NCBI GenBank assembly: GCA_021613535.1
Contig: CP075495.1
Location: 16,182,001-16,246,000 of the forward strand
Direction: 5' to 3'
DNA from: Adineta vaga
Taxonomy: Eukaryota; Animalia; Rotifera
Length of the DNA: 64,000 nt
Part shown: positions 1-12,818 of the stretch, in pieces
How the letters are laid out: each line of letters starts with the position of its first letter
Position numbering within the stretch: the first letter of the stretch is position 1
Notes under the pieces: model-generated
The model's input: the letters and a program-made list of their open reading frames with translations, nothing else
Told to the model about the DNA's origin: nothing
The model's database searches: none
Position numbers and translations under genes: made by a program

Positions 1-361
1 CTCATTTGTCGCGTCATGCTCATAATAGATTATTCTTTTAATTCTTCAGAATTGAGATCAGCAGTTTGAAACCAATAATAAAAAGTGAAAATGAAATAAG
101 AAAGTAATCTGCTCCAGCTTTAATTTACGGCACGCAGTTTTGGTTGATATAATTCAAGATTTCGATCAACAACTGTCTTCTTTTTGGGAATAAGAGTAAG
201 CTCTTACAATGAGTTCTTCAAGCTTTTTAGCTTTTGTTTTATGGACTACTTGCATTGATTACCAAGTTCTTACTCATTGCGATAAAGATTTCGTTGCCTT
301 GACTTTACAACAGAATAAACCAATGCACCTCGTATACACATGTGAGCGTACAGCGTGTAAT

Positions 362-986
362 TAGGGATGTGCGGCGTCAGTGACAGTACTGAAAAAACTG
401 AAACTGTTACATTGATACTGACCATCAGTGTGCACTGATATTCTCGGTGCACTGATGATGTCAGCGACACTGATTTCACTGACAGATTAATGTTGATGTT
501 TATTGCTTGTAATTCCTAGGCGAAGCATCATGACATCTTTTATACGAAACATTGGAATATGCTGAATAGTTTTATTAGTTGAGAGACTAGATCAGCTGGA
601 CAGTCTGTCGAATGTATTTTTCGAATTTTTTCTTACGAATGGCTCGACCATATATTATACTCTATGAGAGAATTCGCAAAACTTCATTTTTTATGATTAT
701 TCGATAGAATATGTAGTCATTCGTAAGCAAAAATTCGAAAAATACATTCGACAGACTGTCTAGCTGATCTAGTCTCTCGGCCAATAAAACTACTCAACAT
801 ATCTCAATGTTTCGCATAAAAGATATCATGATGCTCCGCCTAGGAACTACATGCAATAAACATCAATATTAATCTGTCAGTGAAATCAGCGTCGCTGACA
901 TCGTCAGTGCACCGAGAATATAAGTGCACGGTGAGCTTACCGGCGGTGTTTGGCAGTGCTCCGTTATTCGGCACCGCACATCCCTA
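362..986. mobile_element. hAT-like MITE with internal ~215-bp foldback (430-644 / 715-929)
   Basis: TIRs TAGGGATGTGCGG...CCGCACATCCCTA; 8-bp TSD CGTGTAAT/CGTATAAT (7/8); long internal inverted repeat. Confidence 0.8.
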
Positions 987-3326
987 CGTATAATGTTAGG
1001 GTTATGTTTCTAGCATCTTTTGAGATCGTGAGGAAACCCGAAGAATGTGTTTCGGAACGCTTCACTCACGTCTTTCATCAAGCATGCAAATCATGGATAG
1101 ATTCAGACTCACGATCACAAGTTATCTATAACCCGCTAGCTCTTACGTCTAAAGCGGTAAGACAGTCAAAGCTAATTTCTCGTCTTTTTGGTACATTTTT
1201 AGAGCTCGAAAACGGCTTGAACGATTGAGTTGAAATTTTTACCGCAGATAGAAGACCCATAATGATCAGATATGTGTTTGAGAAAAAGTTTTTCCTATGA
1301 GGTTTCGACATGGTTTTAGACGAACCTTCGGTTTTCTAGTAGTGCTCATTTAGATAACGAAAACTGCATAAGACAGAGTCCGATAGGTTTGAAATTTTTT
1401 CTGCAGATAGGCACCCACATATCAGAAGTTATTTTCAGGATTTTGAAAAATCTAACTTATTTTTTTTAGTAACAAAAATACGTAGATCTCTCAAGACTCC
1501 TGCTTCTCAACATTAAAAACCCTATAAATCTGGCAGAAAAGTTCGAAAATGAAAACGGCCGATTTAACCTCTGAAGGATAGTTCAAAGTATTGCTAGTAA
1601 AAAATTTCAGTCCAATCGAACAAAGTTAAAGGGGGTTATACATGGCACAACTGAAGCGCTCCGAGGAAAAACCGGTTTTGGGGAAAAGTAGAAAACTCAG
1701 TTTGGAAGTTGTCCAAGCTTTTTTCGACGGTTTTATGATCAAATTTTAATGGAGAATCCACTGAGCTTAGGAAAAAACATTTTTCGCAAAAGTATTTTTG
1801 GGTGATGATCTATCTATCGCACTTATTAAAAGAAAAATATTTTTGAATTGTAACAAAAACAAGAGAGGAAGCACCCTTAAGGGCCACCCTTCGTAAGAAA
1901 GTTTTCCTGAAAGTAAGGCTTATCATTGTTTTGTAGGAACAAAATCACTATTGCTCTGAATTAGATGAAACAAAAAGTGCTCTGCTTTCTCACGAAATGT
2001 TAGTAAGTAGAGTTCAGTCAAAGATTCAAGTGCACTTACTGACACATGTAAATAAGATACTGTCAAGAAAGAAGGCCACGAATACAATAATAACGACCAG
2101 TGTACGAGAACTTCGCCATTTAATACAAAAATTTTGCATACAAGTGTTCATCTGAAACAGAAGTCATAAATAGCTGTTCGTTTTCGAATGGCTGTTCATC
2201 GTTAATGAAAACAACAGTCTGGTATTCTCTTTTGCGTAGAAAAGAGTCCAGTGCCCATAGATTGCTTGCTTGCTTCTTGCTTGTGTGTCCACAAGGTCAA
2301 AAAACGACCTTGAGGGTAGATATGGATGTGGTTGTGGTGGACGTTTTCAACACCTTGAACCTCATTGACACCTTCGCCTACCCACTAGATGGCTTTCTTG
2401 CTTATATCATCACTGGCACTTTACTTACTGGTTGAAAATTAGTTCGAGAAGAAACTAGCGCCGACGGCTCAAATATGTTTCGATCTATCTATACTACTAA
2501 GTAGGACGCGAATATATGCTGAGAGTGATAATCGACAAAGGAGAGGAAAATATTCACTTGTTTTTTCAGTAGATCTAAAGAGGTTGCATTTTTACAAGAA
2601 AGAACTAAGCGAGTCCTCAGACGAGCGTTACTTGTTCTTTCGATTTTTAATAAAAAAGAAAAGAAAAATGTGAATACTCCATTAGTAATTGACGCGAAAC
2701 CCTAAACAATGCCAAAGAGCACCGAAACGAGTACATGCAACGATGAGACTATCCATTAGTCAAATGAGCACTTTATCCCGCTCCAATCGCTTCGGATTCA
2801 CTGGAGTGGTACAGACGTTTCAGACACTCAACCATATCGATAGGTCATTTCTTGTACATTAGTATCTGTACAGCTTTAGCAAGCATGCGCCGTTATCTTT
2901 CCGATCTGCGAAACTTGACACGATACTTTCTCGCGTATGCATACGTACGGTCTTTCAGATCAAACAGATATCGTCATCTGAGACGAAGATACAAATACGA
3001 TAATTGAAAAGTCCACAATGTTTAACCCTTTCGCAGTCGAATGATGCCAAATGCCAATGAACCAGTTTTCGACGTTGAATCAGAAAAAGTAACCTGAATT
3101 TTCGGCGCACCGATTCTACTTGAAAAAGCAAGTGTTTGCAGGATGTTATCTTCTTCGAATCTCTTAGACCTTCGTAGAGTAGCCGATTTTTCTCCATGCC
3201 GGAAGCCTCTGTTTTTGAAATGAAGGTGATTTTCGTGATCAGCTAGATCAGGCAAATCAAAATATCTTCAGAAAAAAAAGATCCACTCGAACTTTGCAGA
3301 GTGTGCATCTTATACTAGAAATAGCG

Positions 3327-3740
3327 TAGCATAGTGAAACGTCAATAAGGCTTTTGGGTCATCAGAATCTCTACATAAAAATTTTATCAACACTTTTAGC
3401 ATATACGACAGCTTGAGAACCTCCATCGAGTATATAGAATTTTATCAACTCTGCGAAAGGTTCACTGTTGGTTGCATTCTCTTAAACTCTTCCCTATTTT
3501 CGACGATGAAAACCATATACGAGTTTGTCATGACTTTTCATGAATCCACAAAGGTTTAGTTTTGTCCGAAGTAGGTGAGGGTTCGAGAAAGCTAGTCAAT
3601 CGCAAACCTTTCACAGGGTCGATAAAATTGCATATACTCAAAAAAGGTTCTTAAACTGTCGTATACGCTAAAAGCCTTAATAAAGCGTTTATGTAAAGAT
3701 TCTGATGATTTAAAAGCCTTTTTAACGGTTCACTATGCTA
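3327..3740. mobile_element. MITE with ~140-bp diverged terminal inverted repeats
   Basis: TAGCATAGTGAA... at 3327 and ...TTCACTATGCTA ending 3740; the arms align over ~140 bp. Confidence 0.75.
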
Positions 3741-4986
3741 TCTTTTACTTGACAATGTACCAGGCCTATAAGACATAGCCTTAGCCTAACGAATGGCTTA
3801 CGTTCGCTTCTCACAAAGGTATATCGAGATATTTCTTGCAACCAGTTCCGCACGATCGGCTTTATATTCTCTCCTAATCGCTCAGTTACAAGAGAGCCGA
3901 ATATAAAAACAAATATATTCTCTAGGTCGCTCGCAAATGTTTTGTGCATCAGTAGCTTGAAATATAGACGATATATCTTGAATACGCTCGGTTCTGATTC
4001 AAACGCTTTGTCCACTACTTCGTGCTATAATCGTGAGAACTATGTTTAGTTACTATTATCGCAGTTTTATCTTTGCGAAAGAAAGGACAGGGTCGTTTAA
4101 GCAGTGCGATCAGCCCAATTTTAGTTCACTCATTAAAACCCACCAAATCACTTTCAACTTCGCAGGAAACGTAAAAAATAAGGTTACGACTTTATTTCGG
4201 TGAGATTTCGATTGACTCTCTAAGGACGAATGTTGTTAAGAATGTCACTTGCCTTTTATGAGAATCCTCATAATCGAAGGCAATAGAATGAGCTTGCTTT
4301 TGAGAAAATGGACGTGGGTGTGCTAAATTAATAGGCATAGATGATTCAACAACTATACTTATCAACCGATTCTACATTCCAATGAAAACTCACTGGGAAA
4401 AACGGAAGTAACCAAAACTCAGATCTTGTACATTAGAAATCGCTTTTAAAGTGCTACAAAGTCCTATATTTACAAAGCTTAAAAAATATGGCCATATGAA
4501 AACATGCGAGCGAAATTGGCGTTAGGTACCGATTGCGGCACGTTTTTTGCTAATTTTTATACCTTTTTCTGGCAGCTTCATATGTATGCAACGAAAGGGT
4601 TAGTAGCGAAAGAGAACGAGAGAAAGAGAAAATGTAGAAAAAGTAAACTTCGTGGGACTCAAACCCACACCTTTTGCTATCCGAGCAGATGCACTAAATC
4701 AGTCAGACTAGAAAGATCAATTTACTCTCAAGTTTAGCGTTGAGTCATTCATCACAAACGCTAACATTTTCGTTGTCAGAACTAAGAGCTTTGTCAAAAT
4801 ACATATCAGATTCGAGATCAGCACGAAAAACTGCATCAATCGATACGCGATTCTGCTCTTTTAAAAAATGTTTTCCCTGAAAAATGCACTCGTATACCCA
4901 CACCCACACTCTTAAGATGGTCTGTCACTTCTCTTTAGTCACTTTTTCGTTGTAGATATAGTTGAGCCTAACAACCATCACCCAAC

Positions 4987-7900
4987 ATGAGTGTCAAGAG
5001 TGATTCCTGTTCTCCTGATATAACACTGTCGTCGACAACAATCGTCGATGTCCTTATTGCTGGTGCCGGAGTAGGGGGTCTCGTCGCTGCCTTGTGTCTA
5101 CACCGTTGTGGATTCACAGTTCGCGTGCACGAGAAATTTAAAGTACTCGATAAAACTGGTTATGGTTTGAATCTGCAACCGTCTAGCGTCAAAATTCTGT
5201 ACGAAAACGGATTCGAAGACGAACTCGATAAACTCGGTGTGCGCACAGGTCATGTAAATTACTATACATCCACTGGCCAATTCATTTATCGCGAACCAAG
5301 AGGGCTGAATGCAGGCTATAAATGGCCCATGTATTCTGTACACCGAGGACACTTCCATGAACTACTACTCCATCGTGTACGTTCTGAGTTGGGTGAGACA
5401 TCAGTAGTGCTTGATCAAAGGTTGGTGAACTTTCGAGTTAAGGATGATTATGTCGAAGTAGACCTTAGCAATTCGGAAGGCTGTTCAACTACTGAAAAGG
5501 GTCGAGTACTTATCGGTGCCGACGGAGTTCATTCGGCTGTACGTAAGATTCTGTATTCGGATGAAGGAAACTCGTTATGGAACGGTACTATTTTGTGGCG
5601 TGGTGTATCCCCAGTCGAAGAAATGTATCTAGACGGAAAAACAATGGTCAGCATGGGAGATCCAAATCGGGGATCAATTTTCATGTTTCCAGTGAACGAG
5701 AAGTTTGTTAACTGGACATGTCACATCCGTGTCACCAATCCGCTCGGTAAGTTCATTTGAAACGTAATATTTACACGAATAATCGGTATTGGCCGGAGAT
5801 GTTCGCAGGGTAATTTTTCTGCCCTGTCCTGCCCTACAGGGCAGCACATTTAAAGAGCAAACGAGATATTCTTGCAGTTTAGTGTAATTCATACTCAAGA
5901 AAATGATTAGCCTCAATTCTAAGTCAAATCAATGATTCTATTTATTGAAGAGATTAGATGAACAAAGCTGGGTAGTTCCACCGGAAATTTCCCACCAATA
6001 CGGTGACCTTATCCGATCAAGGTGAAACTTTCAGCATGTGGATCTCTTCGTACCCTAACTATATGATAAAAAAATTAGCCTACTAGCTCATCGACATCAC
6101 AGTTGTTTTCATGTCATAAAATGCCCACCTATATGGTTTTGATGATTTTTTCCAGTTTTGAGGACATCATTTTTGTATACTCAAAAAGTGAGTACACTAC
6201 TAGAAACGGTCAGTGTGTCCGTCCGTCCGTATACACGATGACTTTCGAAAGAAGAGGCAGATCGAGCTGAAATTTTGTGCATAGTTCAGTCTCATCAATA
6301 TCTCGGTCGAGTTCGAAGATGAGACCAATCGGTCAAGAATTGTTTGAGTTATCGTAAAAATACTCAAAACTGGTCAGACCATCCCTGAGGGGGAGTACAG
6401 GGATTTTTGCCAAAGTTTTTTTTCCCTCATTTTCACAGGATATATCAGTCTGTTGGGCTTCATGTGCATTACCCTCGTGTCCTCAAGTCCTGAGAGTGAA
6501 TGTGGGTGATATAAGTGATCTGGGTGAAATTTCACCCAGATGGTTTTATGGTAGGTAAAATCTTCAAACTTCGAATGGTGGTTTCCTAGGCACGAGCTAT
6601 CGTCGAGAACTTGTTGGGACATGAGGAAGGCGCGTGGATGACGATGAGGGCGATGTTCACCTGGGTGAAGTGTCAGTCAAGATGTTCCACGTAGATAACG
6701 TCACCATAGTTTCTCAGGTGGTTTCCTATGTCTACAGAAACGTTCATAAAGTGTTGGCACAATAGTAAAGATAAGAAGTTGACCTATGTAAGTTTTTATG
6801 GTAACAGACAAGATGAAAATACAGTAAAACCTCTCTATAGTGGACACTCTCGGGACCATTCAAAATTGTCCACTGTAGGGAGGTGTCCACTATATAGAGG
6901 TGAGGTATTTTGCAGGACAACTCTTTCGAACACAGAGTAAATATGTTTCGTAGATAGCTAAGGGTTCCTAATGAACAAAACAAGATGCTATTATGTATCG
7001 TTACTCCTTCTTGCATTCATATTTGCTCTCCATAATTGAATAGTTGTCAAAATATAGCCGAATTTTTCCTATGAGCACTAACAGACTTTTCAAAAAAACT
7101 TTATCGTATATGATTATATCCAAATGTCCACTATAGGGAGGTCCATTTCCTGCAAAAACTAACATTTGGTACTTGCGAAACTGTCCACTATACGGGAGTG
7201 TCCACTATATAGGAGTGTCCACTATGAGAGGTTCTACTGTATGTGGTATATGCATAAGCCAGGTAATTTATTTCATATGATGAAAACTGAGTGCACTGCT
7301 TGAACAGTTTAGGACGTCTGCTCATCCGTTCATAGACACGATAACTCCTGAAGTATTAGTACAGTTCTGATGAAATTTTCTACGGAGTATTGCGATAATG
7401 GTACCTCACTTGAGTTTGAAGAAGCCCCCGATCAGCCGAACGATTTGTGAGTTATTGGAAATAGTGGTATTTCGGTATGACTTTATTATGTCTTCTATCT
7501 GATATACTTTTTGCAGTACACATAACATTCGGATAAAATCCGAAGTTTCCGCATTTATTTTACCTAAACATGATCATCAAGCCCAGCTGTATATATGCTT
7601 ATGAAGTACTCAGACCATAGATTGTAATCATCGACGGATGATAGAAACGATGCCGTTGTTATACCGTTAAACCGCATGCAAGATTTTGCGAAAAATAAAA
7701 AAGCAGCAAAAATGGCCTATTGTGATGTATATGGCCAGGCATAAAATCTTAGTGATTGATGATCGATTTCAGTTAGATTTTATACATATACCTGTTGTCT
7801 CTCGAACGATATAGAAAACATTCCTTTGATACTTCGTCATTGTGAAATAACATGATGTATATGGGGACACCGAACTAACCTATACTGAAAATAATCCATG

Positions 7901-9572
7901 TTGTGACCAACGTTTTTCACGTATGCAGAATTTGGGAATATATCTACCACTCTTTTATTAAAGTACTAACCTTGGATTATATACTAGTATATTCAGTTCC
8001 CGCCCCGTTTTAATATTGACTGAAATATCATGGTCTGAAAAAGTTAAATTTTCAAGTCATGCATATCATAGAAACAGTATCAGTGCAGGATTTGAAATAT
8101 AGTTGAAAAATAAGCGCATCAAAAGAAAACCAAAGGCTAATCAACTAACCATCGTAAGCGCTTTTACCATGGGCAGTTGCCGTAAATAACCACTCAGCTT
8201 CTATACCGAATTCTTCTCTATGACAGGAGAGATTCTACATGTTGTACTTATTTTTGAAGCGCATTCCTGCACCATCAGAAACATAAATTATCTTCTGAAC
8301 CAACGGAAATTTATATTTAACCATTGTAGCAATTTTTGTTGACAACTGTGTACAAGCACTGTGTCGTGGTTTATATAGTCACTGATTCTAGCGATGTTTA
8401 GATGAAAATCACCGATTTTTACATGAATGGTAAATATAGCTACTTGTTCTTGATTCCAGTGTGCCGATTGAACTTCACGTTGAGCAACTAAGGTGTAATT
8501 CACAGCAAAATCAGAAGTGATAACAGCATAATCTTTATCATAGGATTTCTTCTTGATTTCATCTATAAAAGGGTGTGGGTGTGGGTGTGGGTGTGGGTGG
8601 GTGTGGGTGTGGGTGGGTGTGGGTGTGGGTGGGTGTGGGTGTGGGTGGGTGTGGGTGTGGGTGGGTGTGATGTGGGGAAGAAGAAAAGATACCCAAACCC
8701 AAATCCACACCCACATCATACCCACCCACCCTTAAGCGTCTATGTTTATCCCAGTATGACTTGAGGTAGATAATTGTTAGGGCAGAAGTAGCTCGATTAT
8801 TCGCTTCCAAGAACATGTTACTTTCAGTAAATGCAATGTCAAGAGACCGTTACTATTGATGTAACAGTTTCCTAATTTTATCTTCATTGCCGATGCAATT
8901 TTTTATATTCATGGTATTGCTACTGAATAACCAACTATTTTGTACGCTTTTATTTTTATCTTTTCTTCATGTTAAAGACGATACTTTTGTATCATTTGAT
9001 TGGTTTTAGGCGACTCTACAGAATCACAGAAATTATTGTCACCAATCCCGCAAGAATGGAAGAAGTCAATTACGAGGCAAGGTCTTCTGTCTTCAGTGTC
9101 GCATCTGAGACTTACCTTTTTGGACATTCAAACTCTCCTTAATTCGTCGATTAGTGATGATTATTTTCCGTTGGCGGATCGAGATCCTCTCCTGAAATGG
9201 ACACATGGTCGCGTGACTTTGTTAGGTGATGCTGCTCATCCAATGTATCCAAAAGGCGGTAATGGAGCCTCTCAAGCTATTCTTGATGCTCAAGCTCTCG
9301 CTCTTGCCTTTCGTGAACATGGAGCTACACCTCAAGGCCTCGAAGTGTACGAAAATCAGCGGAGGGTGTCTTCGAGCAATGTAGTTTTGGCAGGTCGAAT
9401 GGGTGGTCCTGACAAGTTACTCGAAATTGTTCATGAGCGTGTACCCTCAGGCACCTTCCAAAATTTGTCTGATGTCATTTTGCCTTTTGAAATTGAAGAT
9501 GTCTTTGCGAATTATAAAAAAATGGCTGGATGGTGCCCAGAAAAAGTAAACAACGCACCTTCATTGTTTTAA
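4987..9572 (+). CDS. FAD-dependent aromatic monooxygenase, PhzS/salicylate-hydroxylase-like (2 exons: 4987-5746, 9010-9572; ~440 aa)
   Basis: GAGVGGL Rossmann motif, EPRGLNAGYKWPMYSVHRG, GADGVHSAVR, DRDPL..W..GRVTLLGDAAHPMYP.GGNGASQAILD; phase-1 intron 5747-9009 (GTAAGT...TTTTAG) joins both ORFs in frame. Confidence 0.9.
6170..6422 (+). mobile_element. DINE-1/HINE-like (Helentron-associated) short element; diverged relative at ~7270-7460
   Basis: T-run start, GTCC microsatellite (GTCCGTCCGTCCGT), GAGCTGAAATTTTG core; similar diverged sequence after 7270. Confidence 0.5.
6822..7239. mobile_element. Tc1/mariner (pogo/Tigger-like) MITE
   Basis: TIR CAGTA(A/G)AACCTCTC(T)ATAGTGGACAC at both ends, TA TSD, internal TGTCCACTAT repeats. 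Confidence 0.85.
8148..8570 (-). pseudogene. DDE transposase fragment, Sola2-like
   Basis: DFAVNY..QREVQSAHW..Q, ISDYINHD, then after a frameshift SDGAGMRFKNKYN*..EFGIEAEWLFTATAHGKSAYDG; truncated upstream by the telomeric tract. Confidence 0.7.
8571..8730. repeat. Interstitial telomeric tract (GGGTGT)n/(GGGT) followed by degenerate inverted C-rich copies
   Basis: ~100 bp of GGGTGT/GGGT at 8571-8668; ACCCAAACCC...ACACCCAC...ACCCACCCACCC at ~8691-8731. Confidence 0.9.
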
Positions 9573-9898
9573 GTGACATGAAATGTTGGTCTGTAAAGAC
9601 ACCGAAATTAAGAATCACATAAAGTCATAACTTTTGTACGTCTTGGTACTTCTTCATATTTTTTATACGCCTGAGCTGTTCTGTTTTTCAAGATCTTCAC
9701 TCACTCTGAAATCTAATCTTATTACATTCACACTCAATTGCTATGTTTTGCAAAGGAAAAGAATCTCGAATCGTTAATTGACACAGTAGAATGCAAAAGT
9801 CTTTTTCTTCTGTATTCCACTTGTGAGCTTGTGAGGTCCTCTTGATGGGGTTGCAAATGGAATATTCAACCTCCGATGTGGACGAAAGGCTAGATCTT

Positions 9899-9987
9899 GA
9901 GGGTGTGGGTGTGGGTTTGGGTGTGAGCATGGGTGTGGGTGTGGGTGTGGGTTTGGGTGTGAGCATGGGTGTGGGTGTGGGTGTGAG
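9899..9987 (+). repeat. Telomeric (GGGTGT)n tract with GGGTTT/GAGCAT variants; attachment site of Terminon segment 1
   Basis: Seen directly; lies ~30 bp from a hammerhead motif. Confidence 0.9.
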
Positions 9988-10014
9988 TTAAATTAATGAA
10001 AATTATTTCTAAGC

Positions 10015-10062
10015 AACTCACGTCGCGTTTCGTTCTTGCTTAAGGGACTCATCAGGTAAGTT
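10015..10062 (-). ncRNA. Type I hammerhead ribozyme, degenerate
   Basis: AACTTAC-CTGATGA-GTCC-cttaagcaa-GAAC-GAAA-CGCG-AC-GTGAGTT; 7-bp stem I, one stem II mismatch, cleavage triplet GUC changed to GAC. Confidence 0.75.
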
Positions 10063-11128
10063 TTAGGAATATATTGTGCACTGTCGCTGCTCAAGTTTGG
10101 AATGAAGAATCAATGGAATAAATTTGTTATGTACAAGAGTGGGGATGATTTTCTCATAAGTTATCTATGTTACTTTTTTTGCTTTATTGTTTCTTTTTCA
10201 AAATGTTTTTTATTTGTCAAATTTCGGTTGGCATAGAAAGATATGGTTAAGGCAAAGAAACGTTCTTCTTTTGGTTTGCAAGGATAGGTGTTAATGTTTT
10301 TTTTCGTCGGTTGTTGGATTAATTACGACCACCTCTGTATAGCTTCTGGTTTCGTTGTTATGAGGATACCATCGGAGAACTCGGCAGTGTAGATAATGAT
10401 GAGTTGGATCTTGCATATAGTCGCCGGTTGCGTCTTCTAATGTATCGAAGAGTTGATCTTATTCTTTGGTTTGAGTACTGGTTGAATTAAATGACGTTAA
10501 TGATTTAGACGAAATCGAAGACATAAGTCGACTGAATTTGGAACCGAGATTTTGGATATCTTTTTCGTTGTTGATGTGGTTTGGAGATGTCATTATTCGT
10601 TGATTTTTTCGAAGGAGTGAAAGTCTTTGTCTGAAAATGTGTTCTTATTGGTATCTGAAGCTATTGTCGATGAATTTAAAGGTATACTAAGTCTGCAATG
10701 GATTACTTGGCTCTGTGTGCGATAGTTAAGGATTGGGCATATTGAAGAGATGTAATCGCTTGGCACAAAGATGACCACGTTCAGTCATCTCGATGGCTAG
10801 AAGGACTTCTACCGCCACTGGGCAATACCTTCTTCATGGCATGTTGATATAGCTATCTATTTAAACACCAACGATTACAAAGAATTAAAGATGAAAAAAA
10901 AACAAGAACACTACTCGAACCCCAATTGTAAACCCAATTTTATATTTTGTAGATGAGATCCCCAAAGAATGAAAAGAGTAGTATCAAAAAACGAAAAACC
11001 CTAATTAAAAGCTATAGTTATCTAATATGGAGTGAATATCTGGAATAGCTGTTGTATTGTCAGTTGTTGTATGGAATAGAGGAATGAATAAAATGAGAAT
11101 AGAACATCGGCTTATATACTAAATTATA

Positions 11129-11330
11129 GGACACTAGGACACTAGGACACTGGGACACCAAGGCACTAGGACACCAGGACATCAGGGGACCAAGACACTA
11201 GAACACCAGGATACCAGAACATCAGGACACTAGGACGCTAGGACACCAAGACACTAGGACATCAGGACGCTCGGACACCGAAACAACAGGATCCCAGAAC
11301 ATCAGATCACGAGGACGCCAGGACATCAGA
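11129..11330. repeat. 9-bp minisatellite (GGACACYAG-like), roughly 20 degenerate copies
   Basis: ggacactag/ggacaccag/ggacatcag tandem units. Confidence 0.9.
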
Positions 11331-11709
11331 ACGCTGACATTTTGTGACATCATTTTCTGAAGTAAGATCAATTTGTTTTCTGACAGATTTAGTGACGCGT
11401 AATACTTGTGGAATTAAACACAGTAGAATAGTTATATTTTCTGTGTTAGTTATATCTTCGCTTGTTGTATATTTAAAATAATGTCATTTTATTTGCTGTT
11501 AATTTGCTCATAGCTTAATTGGTCATTCAGAATTATACTATTTTGCTGACCAGTACGGATGCAATGTAGATTGATATAAAATCTACGAGAAAATAGGAAC
11601 AAGAAATCTGTTAGAGTTATATAGAATTAATTAAAGTGGTTGTGTATGAAATTTCAGGAAACAATGAAAGACGTAACAGTAAACGAAGCGATATCCTTTT
11701 TCTTTTTTA

Positions 11710-12318
11710 TTATGGAAAAAATGCAATGTTTTCTTTATTTCCAGTTTTTATATGCTCTTCGTCATATAATTGCCGTGCTAATTCAATGTGAGACACATTT
11801 ATGACTTCAGCTTGATTGATTTGTTCGATTTCATCATACATCAAAAGCATCTGTTGTAGGTCGTTGAAATTTTCAAAATCGTTTAGCTGTTGCTGTTCCC
11901 ATTGATGCTTGTGATTGAGTGTGTTCATGATTTCGAAATCATAGGCTTCTCGTAGAAAATGAACACAATCTTCATTCCAGAAATCATCGAATGAATCTAT
12001 TGTTGTTACAGTGCTGGTGATGTTTGATCTTTTTTCATCTAGTTTTGGTTTTGGAGATGATGCGACTGTTCTTCTTAAGGTTTGTTGTTGTTGATTGTGA
12101 TCGTTTTGAAATCGCTTATGCGTTCGTCTGTATCGTTTTCGTTGACAAATGCATCGATTCAGTAGTGGTTTGCTTCGATTTTTTGTAAGTTTAACCATTG
12201 ATTGACTTTTATCTTGAGATCTAATTTGTGCTTCTTCATTAGTATAGATTTCATTTTCCATGTTCATTACGTGTGCTTGAGACACATTAACATCATTCTG
12301 AATATTATTTGAACACAT
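11710..12318 (-). CDS. Terminon accessory ORF, unknown function (basic/Gln-rich N-part, acidic helical C-part)
   Basis: 202-aa ORF co-oriented with the RT; may be joined to the upstream MAIRTRS ORF at 12743. Confidence 0.45.
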   Translation of the reverse strand: MCSNNIQNDVNVSQAHVMNMENEIYTNEEAQIRSQDKSQSMVKLTKNRSKPLLNRCICQRKRYRRTHKRFQNDHNQQQQTLRRTVASSPKPKLDEKRSNITSTVTTIDSFDDFWNEDCVHFLREAYDFEIMNTLNHKHQWEQQQLNDFENFNDLQQMLLMYDEIEQINQAEVINVSHIELARQLYDEEHIKTGNKENIAFFP

Positions 12319-12818
12319 ACAGACAGATATTGTTTTACTCTAAAACGAATCTCGATACAGATAAAAATAATCTCGTGAAATGACTCATGAATAGTCTAAC
12401 CTACTTCTCTATTAGTACACTATGTTGTTGTTATTTAGAAGAGATTTTGTCGAAATAAGTCGAATGGTTGTTGGAGTGTTTATCTGAAACAAAGCATAGT
12501 TAAAATATGTCTTTTGTAATTAAGTAACTTGTTTAAAAAGTGATGATTGATACAGAAAAAAAAACTTCTTAATAAAGATGAATTCTTTACATATATTATC
12601 TCACAATTTGAAGAAAAGTCCAAAAGTAATCTCAAGTAATATTTAGGTTTATTTATTGATAGTAAAGTTTCAAAATTCCTCCATTTTTCTTTCCATTGAG
12701 GATTGTATTTGGCTGTCGAATGACTTCTTGTTCGAATGGCCACTTGTACAAGTTGAAATGTATCTTAAATCAATCTGAAAGAAAAAGCACAAAAGTTATT
12801 AACAAGTTCATTAAAATT

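Noticed and set aside
995-3300. Short ORFs and partial element ends (TTAA-terminated end at ~1880, Helitron-like start at ~2484)
   Set aside because: Matching termini or TSDs could not be paired; probably decayed repeats.
8288-8816. His/Pro/Thr-rich and Trp/Val/Gly-rich ORFs (also 9697-9966 and 12696-12980)
   Set aside because: These are translations of telomeric GGGTGT repeats.
11129-11330. Possible CRISPR-like arrays (also 58921-59042 and 45335-47507)
   Set aside because: No unique spacers between constant repeats and no cas genes; these are simple minisatellites or TE motifs in eukaryotic DNA.
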